DNA from: an uncultured Methanosarcinales archaeon
GTDB lineage: Archaea; Nanobdellota; Nanobdellia; Woesearchaeales; CAYPCY01
DNA length: 64,000 bases
Assembly (NCBI GenBank): GCA_964409385.1
Contig: CAYPCY010000003.1
Location: forward strand, 1,885-65,884
Direction: 5' to 3'
How positions within the stretch are numbered: the first letter of the stretch is position 1; every line of letters starts with the position of its first letter. This document shows, in pieces, positions 27,691 through 37,260 of the stretch. The notes beneath the pieces were generated by a model. That model saw only the letters and a list, made by a program, of their open reading frames with translations. It searched no databases and had not been told where the DNA came from. The translations under genes and the position numbers were made by a program.

Positions 27691-28134
27691 ATGAGGTGTC
27701 CATACTGTAACAAAGAAGAGATAAAAGTTGTCGAAACTAGAGAAACTTCTGAAACAGTAACCAGACGAAGAAGAGAATGCCTAACCTGCACCAAAAGATT
27801 CACAACATATGAAAGAATAGAACTAGTAGAATTAGTCATAATAAAAAAAGATGATTCGAGAGAACTCTTCGATAGACAAAAACTAATCTCAGGAATAAGA
27901 AAGGCCTGTGAAAAAAGACCAGTAACACAAGAACAAATAGAACAAACAGTCGATTCAATAGAATCCGAATTAAGACAAAAAGAAAGCATAGAAATTCCCA
28001 GTAAAAAAATCGGAGAATTAATAATGCGAAAACTAAAGAAACTAGACAAAATAGCATACATAAGATTTGCATCAGTATATAGAGAATTTGCAGATTTAAA
28101 CAGTTTCAAAAAAGAAATAATAAAAATAATATAG
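27691..28134 (+). CDS. nrdR: Transcriptional repressor NrdR
   Basis: Zinc ribbon MRCPYC..CLTC followed by an ATP-cone; 147 aa. Confidence 0.9.
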   Translation: MRCPYCNKEEIKVVETRETSETVTRRRRECLTCTKRFTTYERIELVELVIIKKDDSRELFDRQKLISGIRKACEKRPVTQEQIEQTVDSIESELRQKESIEIPSKKIGELIMRKLKKLDKIAYIRFASVYREFADLNSFKKEIIKII

Positions 28135-28144
28135 AGGTAATAAA

Positions 28145-30682
28145 ATGGAATCATTAAGCGTAGAAAAACAAATAGAATACATAAGAAAAAGAGACGGAAG
28201 AATAGTTCCATTCAATCAAGAAAAAATAACCAAAGCAATATTCAATGCAGCCAAAGCAGTAGGAGGCCACAACAAAAAACAAGCAGAATTACTAACTCAA
28301 GAAATAATAAAAATAATCAATCAAGAATACCAACAATCACTACCAGAAGTAGAAGACATACAAGACATTGTAGAAAAAGAACTAATAGAAAAAGGCCATG
28401 CAAAAACAGCAAAAGCATACATCCTATACCGCGCAGAAAGAAAAGAAATCAGAAAACAAGAAGAAAAAAAATTAGATTGTGAAGAAGTTAAAAAACTAAA
28501 AGAATTAAATATTCAATTAAGCAAACAATCAGTAAATATTCTAAACGGATCTCAACAATTAGACGAACTAGGAAGAGCAGTATTTCTAGACAGATACTCA
28601 GTAAAATCAAAAAAAGAAGATGTAGGAGAAGGAGACCTCCTAGTTGTAGTAACTAAAGAAGACCCAAAATATCCAAAGAAAGACATAGGAATAGTAAAAA
28701 AAATATTAAGAAAAGATTCTTTATTATTACACATGATCACAGGAGTTCATGCAGACAAAGAAAATAATTTTGAATTCTTACAAAGCAAATGGAAATGCGA
28801 TAAACCACTAGAATCCATAGACGATTCATATAAAAGAGTCGCAAAAGCAATCGCAACAGCAGAAAAAACACCCGAATTACAAGAAAAATGGTTCCAAAAC
28901 TTTTGGCAAGAATTAAAACAAAGTCACATTCAACCAGCAGGAAGAATAATGACAGGCGCAAACATAAACAAACTAGGACAATACACATCTAATTTAACAC
29001 TCTACAATTGTTACGTAATCCCATCACCAAGAGACTCTAGAAAATCAATAGTAAAAGAAACATTATATCAAATGACAGAAATAATGTCTCGAGGAGGAGG
29101 TGTAGGAATTTCTTTATCACCACTAAGACCAAGATATTCTTATGTTAGAGGCGTACACGGAAAATCTTCAGGTTCAATATCATGGGGAGGACTTTACTCA
29201 TACACTACAGGATTAATAGAACAAGGAGGATCAAGAAGAGGAGCATTAATGCTAATGCAAGCAGACTGGCACCCAGACATACTAGAATTCATAGATTCAA
29301 AAAGAAAATCAGGAATGATAGAAAATGCAAACATTTCAGTAATGATATCTGATAAGTTCATGAATGCATTAAAAGAAAATGGAGACTGGAACTTAGAATT
29401 TCCAGATTATGAACATCCAGTATACAACGAAATTTATGATAAAGAATGGAATGGAGACCTTGATGGGTGGAAACAAAAAGGATATCCAGTAAAAATTTAC
29501 AAGACAGTAAAAGCAAAAGAATTATGGGATAAACTAATAGAATCAGCATGGACAAGTGCAGAACCAGGAGTAGTATTCATGGAAAGATACAATAAACTAA
29601 GTAATTCCCACTACTTCAATAAAATAATTGCAACAAACCCCTGTGGAGAACAAGGACTACCAAGTTGGGGCGTTTGTAATCTAGGACATTTATACCTAGG
29701 TTCCTTTGCCAAAAAAACAGGAGAAGACTCTGAAGGTCCAATTTACGAAATGGACTGGGAATCACTAGCAAGATCTTCAAAAGTATTAACCAGATTCTTA
29801 GATAATGTAATAGAAGTAACACCATACCATTTCAAAGAAAATGAAGCAAATCAAAAAGGAGAAAGAAGAATTGGAGGAGGAACATTAGGTCTTGGAGAAT
29901 TACTAATAAAATTAAGAGTTAAGTATGGTTCTGACGAAAGTCTAGAAATAATAGATAAAATTTACAAAACAATTTGTGAAGAAATGTATAAAACATCAGC
30001 TAATTTAGCAGCAGAAAAAGGACCATTCCCAAAATTCGACCCAGAAAAATTCTTAAATAGTGGATTCACAAAATTACTCTCTGAAGAAGTAAGAACAGAA
30101 ATTAGACAAAAAGGAATAAGAAATGTAACTTTAACAACCCAAGCACCAACAGGAACGGTTGGAACAATGCTAGGAACTTCAACAGGAATAGAACCCTATT
30201 ATGCATTCAAATTCTTCAGACAATCAAGACTAGGATTTCATGAAGTACTAATACCACTAGCTGAAGAGTATAAGAAAGATGGAAAACTTCCAAACTATTT
30301 CACAAGCGCACTGGATTTAGGACCTTTAGAACATATTAAAGTTCAAGCAGCAGTTCAAAAATGGACTGATTCTTCAATTAGTAAAACAGCAAATGCGCCA
30401 GCAGATTTCACAATAGAACAAACAAAAGAACTATACGAAAAAGCATATGATTTAGGATGTAAAGGCGTTACAATATACAGGGATGCTAGTAGAACCGAAC
30501 AAGTTTTATCAACAGATGATAAGACCAAAGAAAAAAATTCTACAAACTATGAAGAAGAGGAAGAAGGAGCAGAACCAGGAAATAAATGTCCAAACTGCGA
30601 ACAAGGAAAAATGGTTAAGATGGGAGGTTGTACAGAATGTTCTTCAGGATGTGGATTTACTGGAAGTTGTGACTTGAAGTGA
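28145..30682 (+). CDS. nrdJ: Adenosylcobalamin-dependent (class II) ribonucleotide reductase
   Basis: N-terminal ATP-cone, NPCGEQ catalytic loop, TISKTAN motif and a C-terminal Cys-rich tail CPNCEQGKMVKMGGCTECSSGCGFTGSC; 845 aa. Confidence 0.9.
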   Translation: MESLSVEKQIEYIRKRDGRIVPFNQEKITKAIFNAAKAVGGHNKKQAELLTQEIIKIINQEYQQSLPEVEDIQDIVEKELIEKGHAKTAKAYILYRAERKEIRKQEEKKLDCEEVKKLKELNIQLSKQSVNILNGSQQLDELGRAVFLDRYSVKSKKEDVGEGDLLVVVTKEDPKYPKKDIGIVKKILRKDSLLLHMITGVHADKENNFEFLQSKWKCDKPLESIDDSYKRVAKAIATAEKTPELQEKWFQNFWQELKQSHIQPAGRIMTGANINKLGQYTSNLTLYNCYVIPSPRDSRKSIVKETLYQMTEIMSRGGGVGISLSPLRPRYSYVRGVHGKSSGSISWGGLYSYTTGLIEQGGSRRGALMLMQADWHPDILEFIDSKRKSGMIENANISVMISDKFMNALKENGDWNLEFPDYEHPVYNEIYDKEWNGDLDGWKQKGYPVKIYKTVKAKELWDKLIESAWTSAEPGVVFMERYNKLSNSHYFNKIIATNPCGEQGLPSWGVCNLGHLYLGSFAKKTGEDSEGPIYEMDWESLARSSKVLTRFLDNVIEVTPYHFKENEANQKGERRIGGGTLGLGELLIKLRVKYGSDESLEIIDKIYKTICEEMYKTSANLAAEKGPFPKFDPEKFLNSGFTKLLSEEVRTEIRQKGIRNVTLTTQAPTGTVGTMLGTSTGIEPYYAFKFFRQSRLGFHEVLIPLAEEYKKDGKLPNYFTSALDLGPLEHIKVQAAVQKWTDSSISKTANAPADFTIEQTKELYEKAYDLGCKGVTIYRDASRTEQVLSTDDKTKEKNSTNYEEEEEGAEPGNKCPNCEQGKMVKMGGCTECSSGCGFTGSCDLK

Positions 30683-31188
30683 TATACACAAAAACAGGAG
30701 ATTCGGGAGAAACAGGATTGTGTAGTGGAGAAAGAATTAGCAAAGCAGATTTAAGAATTGAATGCATTGGCTTAATAGATGAGGTCAATTCAATAATTGG
30801 ACTTGCAAAATCATTTTCTAAAGAAGAAAACTTAATTAAAGACTTAGAAGAAATTCAACAATATTTATTCAATACAGGCGCAGACATAGCAGGAAGTAAA
30901 TTAACAATAACTCCTGAACTCGTAAGAATTCTTGAAAACAGAATAGACAATTATGAAAATAATCTTGAACCCTTAAGAGAATTTATTCTTCCTGGAGGAA
31001 ATAAACCTTCAGCAATACTACACCATGCAAGAACCACATGCAGAAGAACAGAAAGAAACCTCATAAGATTAAATCAAAAAGAAAAAGTCAATCCTTCAAT
31101 ACTAATATTTATCAATAGGCTTTCAGACCTTCTCTTCGTAATGGCTCGCATTTCCAATACTGAAGAAGAAACTAAGTGGATGAAATGA
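30679..31188 (+). CDS. PduO-type ATP:cob(I)alamin adenosyltransferase
   Basis: N-terminus IYTKTGDSGETGL and RTTCRRTER motif. The GTG start overlaps the nrdJ stop (GTGA). Confidence 0.85.
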   Translation: MIYTKTGDSGETGLCSGERISKADLRIECIGLIDEVNSIIGLAKSFSKEENLIKDLEEIQQYLFNTGADIAGSKLTITPELVRILENRIDNYENNLEPLREFILPGGNKPSAILHHARTTCRRTERNLIRLNQKEKVNPSILIFINRLSDLLFVMARISNTEEETKWMK

Positions 31189-31457
31189 TTTTATTGTTTA
31201 GTTTTCTAGACTTGCTGGCAATGATAATCTTATTATTACAACATTTTCATGTTTCTCAAAGTTGGAGATTCACAATAACAATAATCGCTTATTTAATAGG
31301 AAAATTCTTAATATTCAAAGACGAACCATTAATACTAATTGATTTAGCATTAGCAATTTACTTAATATTAATGCTTGTTTTCGGAATTAGTTGGATAATA
31401 ACATGGTTCTTCATAATATTTTATATACAAAGAATCTTTATAGCATTCAAAAGTTAG
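31185..31457 (+). CDS. Small membrane protein
   Basis: Three hydrophobic helices. The ATG at 31185 overlaps the upstream stop (ATGA); the track start at 31176 is GTG. Confidence 0.4.
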   Translation: MILLFSFLDLLAMIILLLQHFHVSQSWRFTITIIAYLIGKFLIFKDEPLILIDLALAIYLILMLVFGISWIITWFFIIFYIQRIFIAFKS

Positions 31458-31475
31458 ATTTATAATACAAATAAA

Positions 31476-32111
31476 ATGAAAATCATAAAAGCAAACATTA
31501 TCAAAATAAAACAAGAAACCCCAACAGTAAAAATAATAACATTAAAACCAGAAGAAAAAATTTATTTTGTTCCAGGACAATTCTTAAATTTAATAATTGA
31601 AAATCCTAAAAAGATAATTAGACCATATTCAATAGCCTCTAACTCTATAAAACAAGAAATAGAATTTATTATACGATCAACTCCTGACGGAAAAATGACA
31701 AATCATTTAGAAACAAACTTGAAAAAAGGAGATACTGTGAAACTTACAGGTCCTTTCGGACTCTTCAAACTAAAAAAAGCAAAAGAATATTTATTCATAG
31801 CAGGAGGAAGTGGAATAGCCCCAATAATCTCCATGATGAGAAGTTTGAAAAATAATTATACACTAATATATTCTGAAAGAACAAAAAATGAAATTATTTG
31901 TCATAATGAATTAAAAAATTCAATTATAACACTAACTAGAGATTCTTGGAAAGGTAAAACAGGAAGAATTAATAAACAATTAATAAAAGAAAACTTAAAT
32001 TCTGAATCATTAATCTACATTTGTGGACCTCCTGCATTTGTTGATCAAATGAAAAAATTAATTATAGAACTAAATGTTAATCCTGAAAGGATACATATTG
32101 AAAAATACTAA
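31476..32111 (+). CDS. FNR-like FAD/NAD(P)-binding oxidoreductase
   Basis: FAD motif RPYSIAS and NAD(P) motif GGSGIAPIISM; 211 aa. Confidence 0.75.
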   Translation: MKIIKANIIKIKQETPTVKIITLKPEEKIYFVPGQFLNLIIENPKKIIRPYSIASNSIKQEIEFIIRSTPDGKMTNHLETNLKKGDTVKLTGPFGLFKLKKAKEYLFIAGGSGIAPIISMMRSLKNNYTLIYSERTKNEIICHNELKNSIITLTRDSWKGKTGRINKQLIKENLNSESLIYICGPPAFVDQMKKLIIELNVNPERIHIEKY

Positions 32112-32171
32112 GTTTGTTCTCCAAAAATTTTTGCGCAAGCTTTTTAAGCATAGGATTTTTTATATTATTAG

Positions 32172-32651
32172 ATGGTGCAGTATAATAATTTAGAGGATTT
32201 TATATTACATAAAAGCAATCTTTCTGAACAAGAATTAAAACATTTAGAAAATAGTCTTGCTTGGCAAGAACATCTAAAAAAACATTCTGGTGCACAATTA
32301 ATTCCAATAGGCGGATTTAGTTTTGAAGAAGAAGAAAAACTTAAGAGAGCAATGGATGAACAATTAAGAAGAAAAGTTGAAGAATCACAAGAGAAAAAAA
32401 TAGAACATAAAGAAGAACAAGAAGTTAGTCTTAAAAAAAGAATTGTTATGGGAGGTTGTGCGTGTGGACTTTTATTAAGAAAAGAAGGTTCTGAAAACAC
32501 TCTTGCAGTAACAGCTCCAAAAATAGAAACAAATAATTATAATGTTCAGTTTGAACAGGAAGACTTCCAAAATATTTATGGTCAAGAAGTTGAATCAAGT
32601 AATGTAACCTATTCAGGAATACAGTCTAATATAGGCGAAATCTATAAATAG
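32172..32651 (+). CDS. Hypothetical protein (charged, coiled-coil-like)
   Basis: ORF only. An antisense ORF overlaps it. No recognised motif. Confidence 0.35.
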   Translation: MVQYNNLEDFILHKSNLSEQELKHLENSLAWQEHLKKHSGAQLIPIGGFSFEEEEKLKRAMDEQLRRKVEESQEKKIEHKEEQEVSLKKRIVMGGCACGLLLRKEGSENTLAVTAPKIETNNYNVQFEQEDFQNIYGQEVESSNVTYSGIQSNIGEIYK

Positions 32652-32673
32652 CTTCATTAATTCTACACATTTT

Positions 32674-32889
32674 ATGAAAGCATGGCAATGTGAACAATGC
32701 GGAGCAAGAGTTACAAAAAAAGTTATTGAATGTCCTCTTTGCAGAAGAAAAAACTTCTTTACAGAAATAGAACTCCCAAAACCTGATCCTAACGAACAAG
32801 AATATACTAAAAAATATGATGATGTCATAAAACAATTAGAAAAATGTGAAGAAGGAACTCCTAAAGGAGGCATGAAAGAAACTCTTTAA
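32674..32889 (+). CDS. Small zinc-ribbon protein
   Basis: CEQCG..CPLC motif; 71 aa. Confidence 0.45.
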   Translation: MKAWQCEQCGARVTKKVIECPLCRRKNFFTEIELPKPDPNEQEYTKKYDDVIKQLEKCEEGTPKGGMKETL

Positions 32890-32890
32890 A

Positions 32891-33889
32891 TTATGAACAA
32901 ACAAATTTTAAAACTTCATTAATTGGTTTTTTCTTTAGAAAACATCTTATATTTTTAATCGTAGTATCCTCAATCCTTCTTAATGCTTCGTCACTATTAA
33001 ATGCATCATGAGGTGTTGCTAAAGTATTAGGTAAATCAATAAGTTTTCTTTCTATCTCAACAAGTTCCCTGACATTTTTTGAAGTTTTTAATGTTATAAC
33101 TTCTTTTCCAAGAACTAAATTTTCATCTTCATAAACATCAATTCCTGCATTAATCCAACCCTTCTTTGCAAAGGAATATAAAGCCCTCATATCAACTATT
33201 GCACCTCTAGCAGTATTAATCAAAATAGAACCCTTCTTCATCAAAGAAAGTTTATCTCTATCAATCAAATGATGAGTATACTTATTGTAAGGAACATGCA
33301 AAGAAACAACATCACTATTCTTCAATAAATTATCTAACTTAGAATACTTAAAACCTATTTCTTCTTGTAATTCTTTGTTCTCACAAAGGTCATAAACTAA
33401 AATTTTCATACCAAACTCTTTAGAAAACCTTGCCATGTGCATCCCAATATGACCCCCACCAACAAGACCTAATGTTTTATTTTTCAAATCAAAACCTCTA
33501 ATTCCCTTCAAAGAAAATTCACCTTTTCTAATCTTATCATATGCAAGATGAACTTTTTTAGAAAGATTAATCATTAAAGCAAAAGCATGCTCTGCAACAG
33601 TATTTTCTCCATAGAAAGGAACATTAGAAACAACAATTCCTTTCTTTTTACAATAATCTAAATCAATATGATCATAACCTGTAGACATTGTAGAAATAAA
33701 CTTTAATTTAGGAAGTTTTTCCAAAACATCCCTTGTAAGTTTAGAAAAGATAAAAACAACCAGAATTTCAGTATTCTTTATTTTAATAATTTTTTTGGAA
33801 GTTAATTTAGAATTAAAAAATTTTGCTTTTGGAAACTTACTTTTCAAATAAGTCTTATTCCAATGTGACATTCCAAAAAAAGTAATCAT
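32891..33889 (-). CDS. D-isomer-specific 2-hydroxyacid dehydrogenase
   Basis: NAD-binding GLVGGGHIGMHMARF, INTARG and a C-terminal TPH motif; 332 aa. Confidence 0.85.
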   Translation of the reverse strand: MITFFGMSHWNKTYLKSKFPKAKFFNSKLTSKKIIKIKNTEILVVFIFSKLTRDVLEKLPKLKFISTMSTGYDHIDLDYCKKKGIVVSNVPFYGENTVAEHAFALMINLSKKVHLAYDKIRKGEFSLKGIRGFDLKNKTLGLVGGGHIGMHMARFSKEFGMKILVYDLCENKELQEEIGFKYSKLDNLLKNSDVVSLHVPYNKYTHHLIDRDKLSLMKKGSILINTARGAIVDMRALYSFAKKGWINAGIDVYEDENLVLGKEVITLKTSKNVRELVEIERKLIDLPNTLATPHDAFNSDEALRRIEDTTIKNIRCFLKKKPINEVLKFVCS

Positions 33890-33928
33890 TCCCCCTTTCG
33901 GGGAAATATTATTTATAAAATTTTGTTT

Positions 33929-35566
33929 TTATTGAGCCCCACAACCAGGACCTGCTGAAGGTGTTGAGGTTGTTGTTTGTGTCACTGGTTCTTGAACAAC
34001 ACCGTCACAAGCTTCAGGAGCATCCTCAAAAGCAGCACATAAAGCACCTAAATAGCCATTAGCAGTTCTACTACCACCATATTGACTTCCATCAACAAAA
34101 ACAGTTGGACTTCCCCTAACTCCTAATGTATTTCCCATTGAAAGACTTGATTCTAAAAGCTCAATAGCTTCTTCCTGCTGACAAGTTGAAATCATCCCAG
34201 TATCTAACCCTAGAGTTTCAGCAACTCCAGTCCAGCAAATATCCGCATTTTCAAAAGTACAATCAGAATTCATCTTTAAAGCAAAATCAAACCAGTCTGC
34301 CATTCCAGAATACTTAGCAACACATAATTCCCTAACATCCTGATTTAATTCTTGAATTCCATGCATTGAACAATAAACATTCGCTTCATCCAAACAATAT
34401 TCAGGATAACCACTACCGTAATTATTATAAATTACATATTTAGGATTAAAATCAGCAGAATCTTTTAACTGTTCAAAAACAGGAAATATTGCTTCTTCAG
34501 CCTGATTACCATAAGGACAATAACTCATAACAAAAAAGTCAATTTGAGGTTTATTATCTCCAGTAACAATTCCTAAATTGGCTAAAGCTTCCTCTCTAGC
34601 AGCAGGATCAACATTATAAGAAGCTCCAGTAGCTTGAGACTTTAATTTATAACCATATTCTGTAACTTCAAAATAACCTCTTATTTGAGTATTAGTTCTC
34701 CAAGTATTGGTAGTCTGAAGATCTTCTCCAAATAAATAAGCTGGTAAAACTTGAACATTATAAGCATCTACAAGGTCTTGACCTTCACCATTAACTAAAT
34801 CAAAAAATTCAAATGTTGCACCAGGGAATAATTGTTGAGTAACACTCAGCATTTGTGAAGTATCACAATTTCCACAGTCAGAAGATGTTAAAACCTTAAC
34901 TTGAATCTCAACAGGTTGAGGAATATTACTACATCCAGGATCTTCCCAGTTCAATTCTTTACATATAGCCCTTGCAAAATCAGCACTGGACCTCCCAGAA
35001 GTATATCTTTCACCATTCAAATAAATAGTAGGACTTCCACTAGCACCTACAGAATTTGTTTTTGTAATACTTTCAGAAAGTAAATCTGAACCTTCACCAT
35101 TAAAGCAAGATTCTACGACTGAAGTATCAATACCAACCTGACTAGCACAAGTTTGATACTGTGCTATACCATCACCGTACTTCTCATTAAAACAAAGCAC
35201 ATAAGGAAAATGCTTTTCAGGAAAATGCTTTTCAATACATAATTGTCTTATATTCTCATCAACTTCTGGTTGTCCATGAAGACTTCCAAAACCAGAACCT
35301 TGACTGTTTGCAATATATTCAAAATTTAATTCAACATTATCTCCAAATGATTCCATAGATCTTATTGCTTCACTACCTGCTTGAGCTCCGTAAGGACATT
35401 GACTCATAACATACATATCAAGAACAACCTTTCCTGAATAATCAACAGGTTCAGAAGACGGACCTTTAGTAAGCATGAAAATAAATACTACTGCCAAAAC
35501 TACAATTGCGAGTTTTGTAGGCATCCCTAATTTAAATTTTTTCTTTCCGATGTTTTTTTTCACCAT
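33929..35566 (-). CDS. Exported protein with two DsbA/GILT-like thioredoxin-fold domains carrying CPYG motifs
   Basis: N-terminal anchor. Duplicated modules: VMSQCPYGAQA..GSPTIYLNGERY and VMSYCPYGNQAEE..GSPTVFVDGSQY. Confidence 0.6.
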   Translation of the reverse strand: MVKKNIGKKKFKLGMPTKLAIVVLAVVFIFMLTKGPSSEPVDYSGKVVLDMYVMSQCPYGAQAGSEAIRSMESFGDNVELNFEYIANSQGSGFGSLHGQPEVDENIRQLCIEKHFPEKHFPYVLCFNEKYGDGIAQYQTCASQVGIDTSVVESCFNGEGSDLLSESITKTNSVGASGSPTIYLNGERYTSGRSSADFARAICKELNWEDPGCSNIPQPVEIQVKVLTSSDCGNCDTSQMLSVTQQLFPGATFEFFDLVNGEGQDLVDAYNVQVLPAYLFGEDLQTTNTWRTNTQIRGYFEVTEYGYKLKSQATGASYNVDPAAREEALANLGIVTGDNKPQIDFFVMSYCPYGNQAEEAIFPVFEQLKDSADFNPKYVIYNNYGSGYPEYCLDEANVYCSMHGIQELNQDVRELCVAKYSGMADWFDFALKMNSDCTFENADICWTGVAETLGLDTGMISTCQQEEAIELLESSLSMGNTLGVRGSPTVFVDGSQYGGSRTANGYLGALCAAFEDAPEACDGVVQEPVTQTTTSTPSAGPGCGAQ

Positions 35567-35574
35567 AAAACCCC

Positions 35575-35802
35575 CTATTTTGCAACTATTAATGTGCTTG
35601 TTAATTTAACACCTTGTTCGCTTCTTATTTTATCCATAACAAAAGTGGCTAAAGCGTCAGGATTCTCAGCAGAAATTTTAACAAGTATATCCCATTCACC
35701 GAATAAAATTTTAACTTCTAAAACTTCTTTAAAGCCGGAAAGCTTGTCTTGAAGAGAAGCTTCGCTTCCTTCCTGTAATGCTATTAACACATAAGCTAAC
35801 AT
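35575..35802 (-). CDS. Stand-alone Lrp/AsnC ligand-binding (RAM) domain protein
   Basis: 75 aa, with the LFGEWDILVKI..MDKIR..GV..T.TLIV pattern. Confidence 0.6.
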   Translation of the reverse strand: MLAYVLIALQEGSEASLQDKLSGFKEVLEVKILFGEWDILVKISAENPDALATFVMDKIRSEQGVKLTSTLIVAK

Positions 35803-35888
35803 AAGAGGAAAAATGAGTGGCTTATTTTTAAAGTTTATCCTAAAATTACTAAAAAAACTTTTTAATATAGAAAAATACTCTTTATTTT

Positions 35889-36305
35889 ATGAACGAAATT
35901 TTATGGGTTTTAATCCTATTCCTATTTACTTTATTTTCTTTTTTAATAGGGAAAACATTTGGAAGACTAATTGCTAATAGAGAATTTGATAGAGAAAAAC
36001 CTAAATTGCGTAAAGAAGCAGTTGAAAAATCAAGAGCTGTACTTACTGGAAAATTTTCTGAACAAATAAGTCCTTACTTTCCAGACTTTCCCTATGAAGC
36101 TTCAGAATCAAGATTTATAGGAAGTCCAATTGATTTTATTGTATTTAAAGGAATGAATGAAAAAGAAATTAAAGAAGTGATTTTTGTAGAGGTGAAAACG
36201 GGCAAGAGTAAACTTTCTAAACAAGAAAAAAACTTGAAAGAAGCAATTATTAATAAAAAAGTTAAGTGGTTAGAATACTTAATTAATCCTCCTGACAAAA
36301 GTTAA
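35889..36305 (+). CDS. Membrane-anchored endonuclease related to archaeal Holliday junction resolvase (COG4741-like)
   Basis: N-terminal TM segment followed by GSPIDFIVFKG..VIFVEVKTGKSKLSKQEKNL, a PD-(D/E)xK-like motif. Confidence 0.5.
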   Translation: MNEILWVLILFLFTLFSFLIGKTFGRLIANREFDREKPKLRKEAVEKSRAVLTGKFSEQISPYFPDFPYEASESRFIGSPIDFIVFKGMNEKEIKEVIFVEVKTGKSKLSKQEKNLKEAIINKKVKWLEYLINPPDKS

Positions 36306-37031
36306 GAAAGCAGAATGGGAAATCTTTTCTTTATCAGGCCTCACTTTTCTTCCTTTAATCTCCCAATCCCTAATTTTCACTTCGACAGTTCTTTCTAATA
36401 AGAAATCTTTAGTTAATCCTTTAATGAAATCAATTGTTTGAGGCAAATAAGGTTGATAAACCACTAAAAATCCTCCTTTTTTCAAAATCTTCTTGGCAGT
36501 TTTCAATGCATTCCATGGTTCGGGAACGTCTAAAAGCAACAAATCAGCATCAACAACGGAAATTTTATTTTGATCATATATAGATTCCTTCTTAAAAACA
36601 ACATTTTTTATGTTAAGTTTCTTGCAATTTTCTTTCGTTAAAATTATATTTTCTTCTTTAATATCAAAACTATATAATTTCTTAACAATATTTGCAATAA
36701 AACAAGTAAACCCGCCACTTCCAGATCCTGCCTCTACGACTAAAGAATTCTTGTTTAATCCTGCTTCTGTAATAATAAACCCAATATCCTTTAAAGGAAT
36801 AATTTGGGCAGACCTTTTAATCTGCTTATAATCATCAATAAACATTGAATCAAAAGAGAAAAATTCTTTGTTTTTAACCTTAAATTTGTCCTTAACTACT
36901 GCTTTACCATATTTAGACTGGAAATCTTTTCCTTTATCCAAATAATACTTTTCAAACTTAGAAACCCTCACATCTCTATCTAAATCATCTACAAAAACTT
37001 TCTTTTCCGGAGCTATAATTACTTTTGCCAT
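36279..37031 (-). CDS. SAM-dependent methyltransferase, probably tRNA (adenine-N1)-methyltransferase TrmI
   Basis: SAM motif VVEAGSGSGGFT with an N-terminal beta-domain; 250 aa; lies next to the tRNA cluster. Confidence 0.55.
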   Translation of the reverse strand: MAKVIIAPEKKVFVDDLDRDVRVSKFEKYYLDKGKDFQSKYGKAVVKDKFKVKNKEFFSFDSMFIDDYKQIKRSAQIIPLKDIGFIITEAGLNKNSLVVEAGSGSGGFTCFIANIVKKLYSFDIKEENIILTKENCKKLNIKNVVFKKESIYDQNKISVVDADLLLLDVPEPWNALKTAKKILKKGGFLVVYQPYLPQTIDFIKGLTKDFLLERTVEVKIRDWEIKGRKVRPDKEKISHSAFLTFVRRIN

Positions 37032-37137
37032 GGTGTTAAGCCATTAAAAAAAAGCGCAAGGTTGAACTATGAAGAACCTTTATCAAGGTTCAACAGGATA
37101 AGCGACATGCGCTCCGCTTAGTCACTAAATAAAAAAA

Positions 37138-37209
37138 AGCGCAGGGTGGGACTCGAACCCACGATCATCGGGTTGCAGCCGATTGCCTTAGCCGCTTGGC
37201 CACCCGCGC
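37138..37209 (-). tRNA. tRNA-Cys (GCA)
   Basis: Acceptor GCGCGGG/CCTGCGC, anticodon arm ATCGG-CTGCAAC-CCGAT, T-arm GTGGG-TTCGAGT-CCCAC, discriminator U73 (a Cys identity element), followed by a T7 run. Confidence 0.9.
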
Positions 37210-37260
37210 AAACAGTACGCCGTTTGATCCCCTATGTGTTTCTTCGCCAAGGCTCAATCA

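Noticed and set aside
27627-28211. A 194-aa antisense ORF across nrdR, together with 27836..28072, 28552..28988, 29358..29555 and 29616..29825 inside nrdJ.
   Set aside because: They lie opposite genes with unmistakable NrdR/NrdJ motifs. Their translations are low-complexity L/F/S-rich, a consequence of the A-rich, T-poor sense strand.
32168-32873. Antisense ORFs 32168..32500, 32613..32873 and 32626..32835.
   Set aside because: They overlap plus-strand ORFs that fit the operon spacing better. However, the plus-strand 32172..32651 call is itself weak, so this choice has low confidence.
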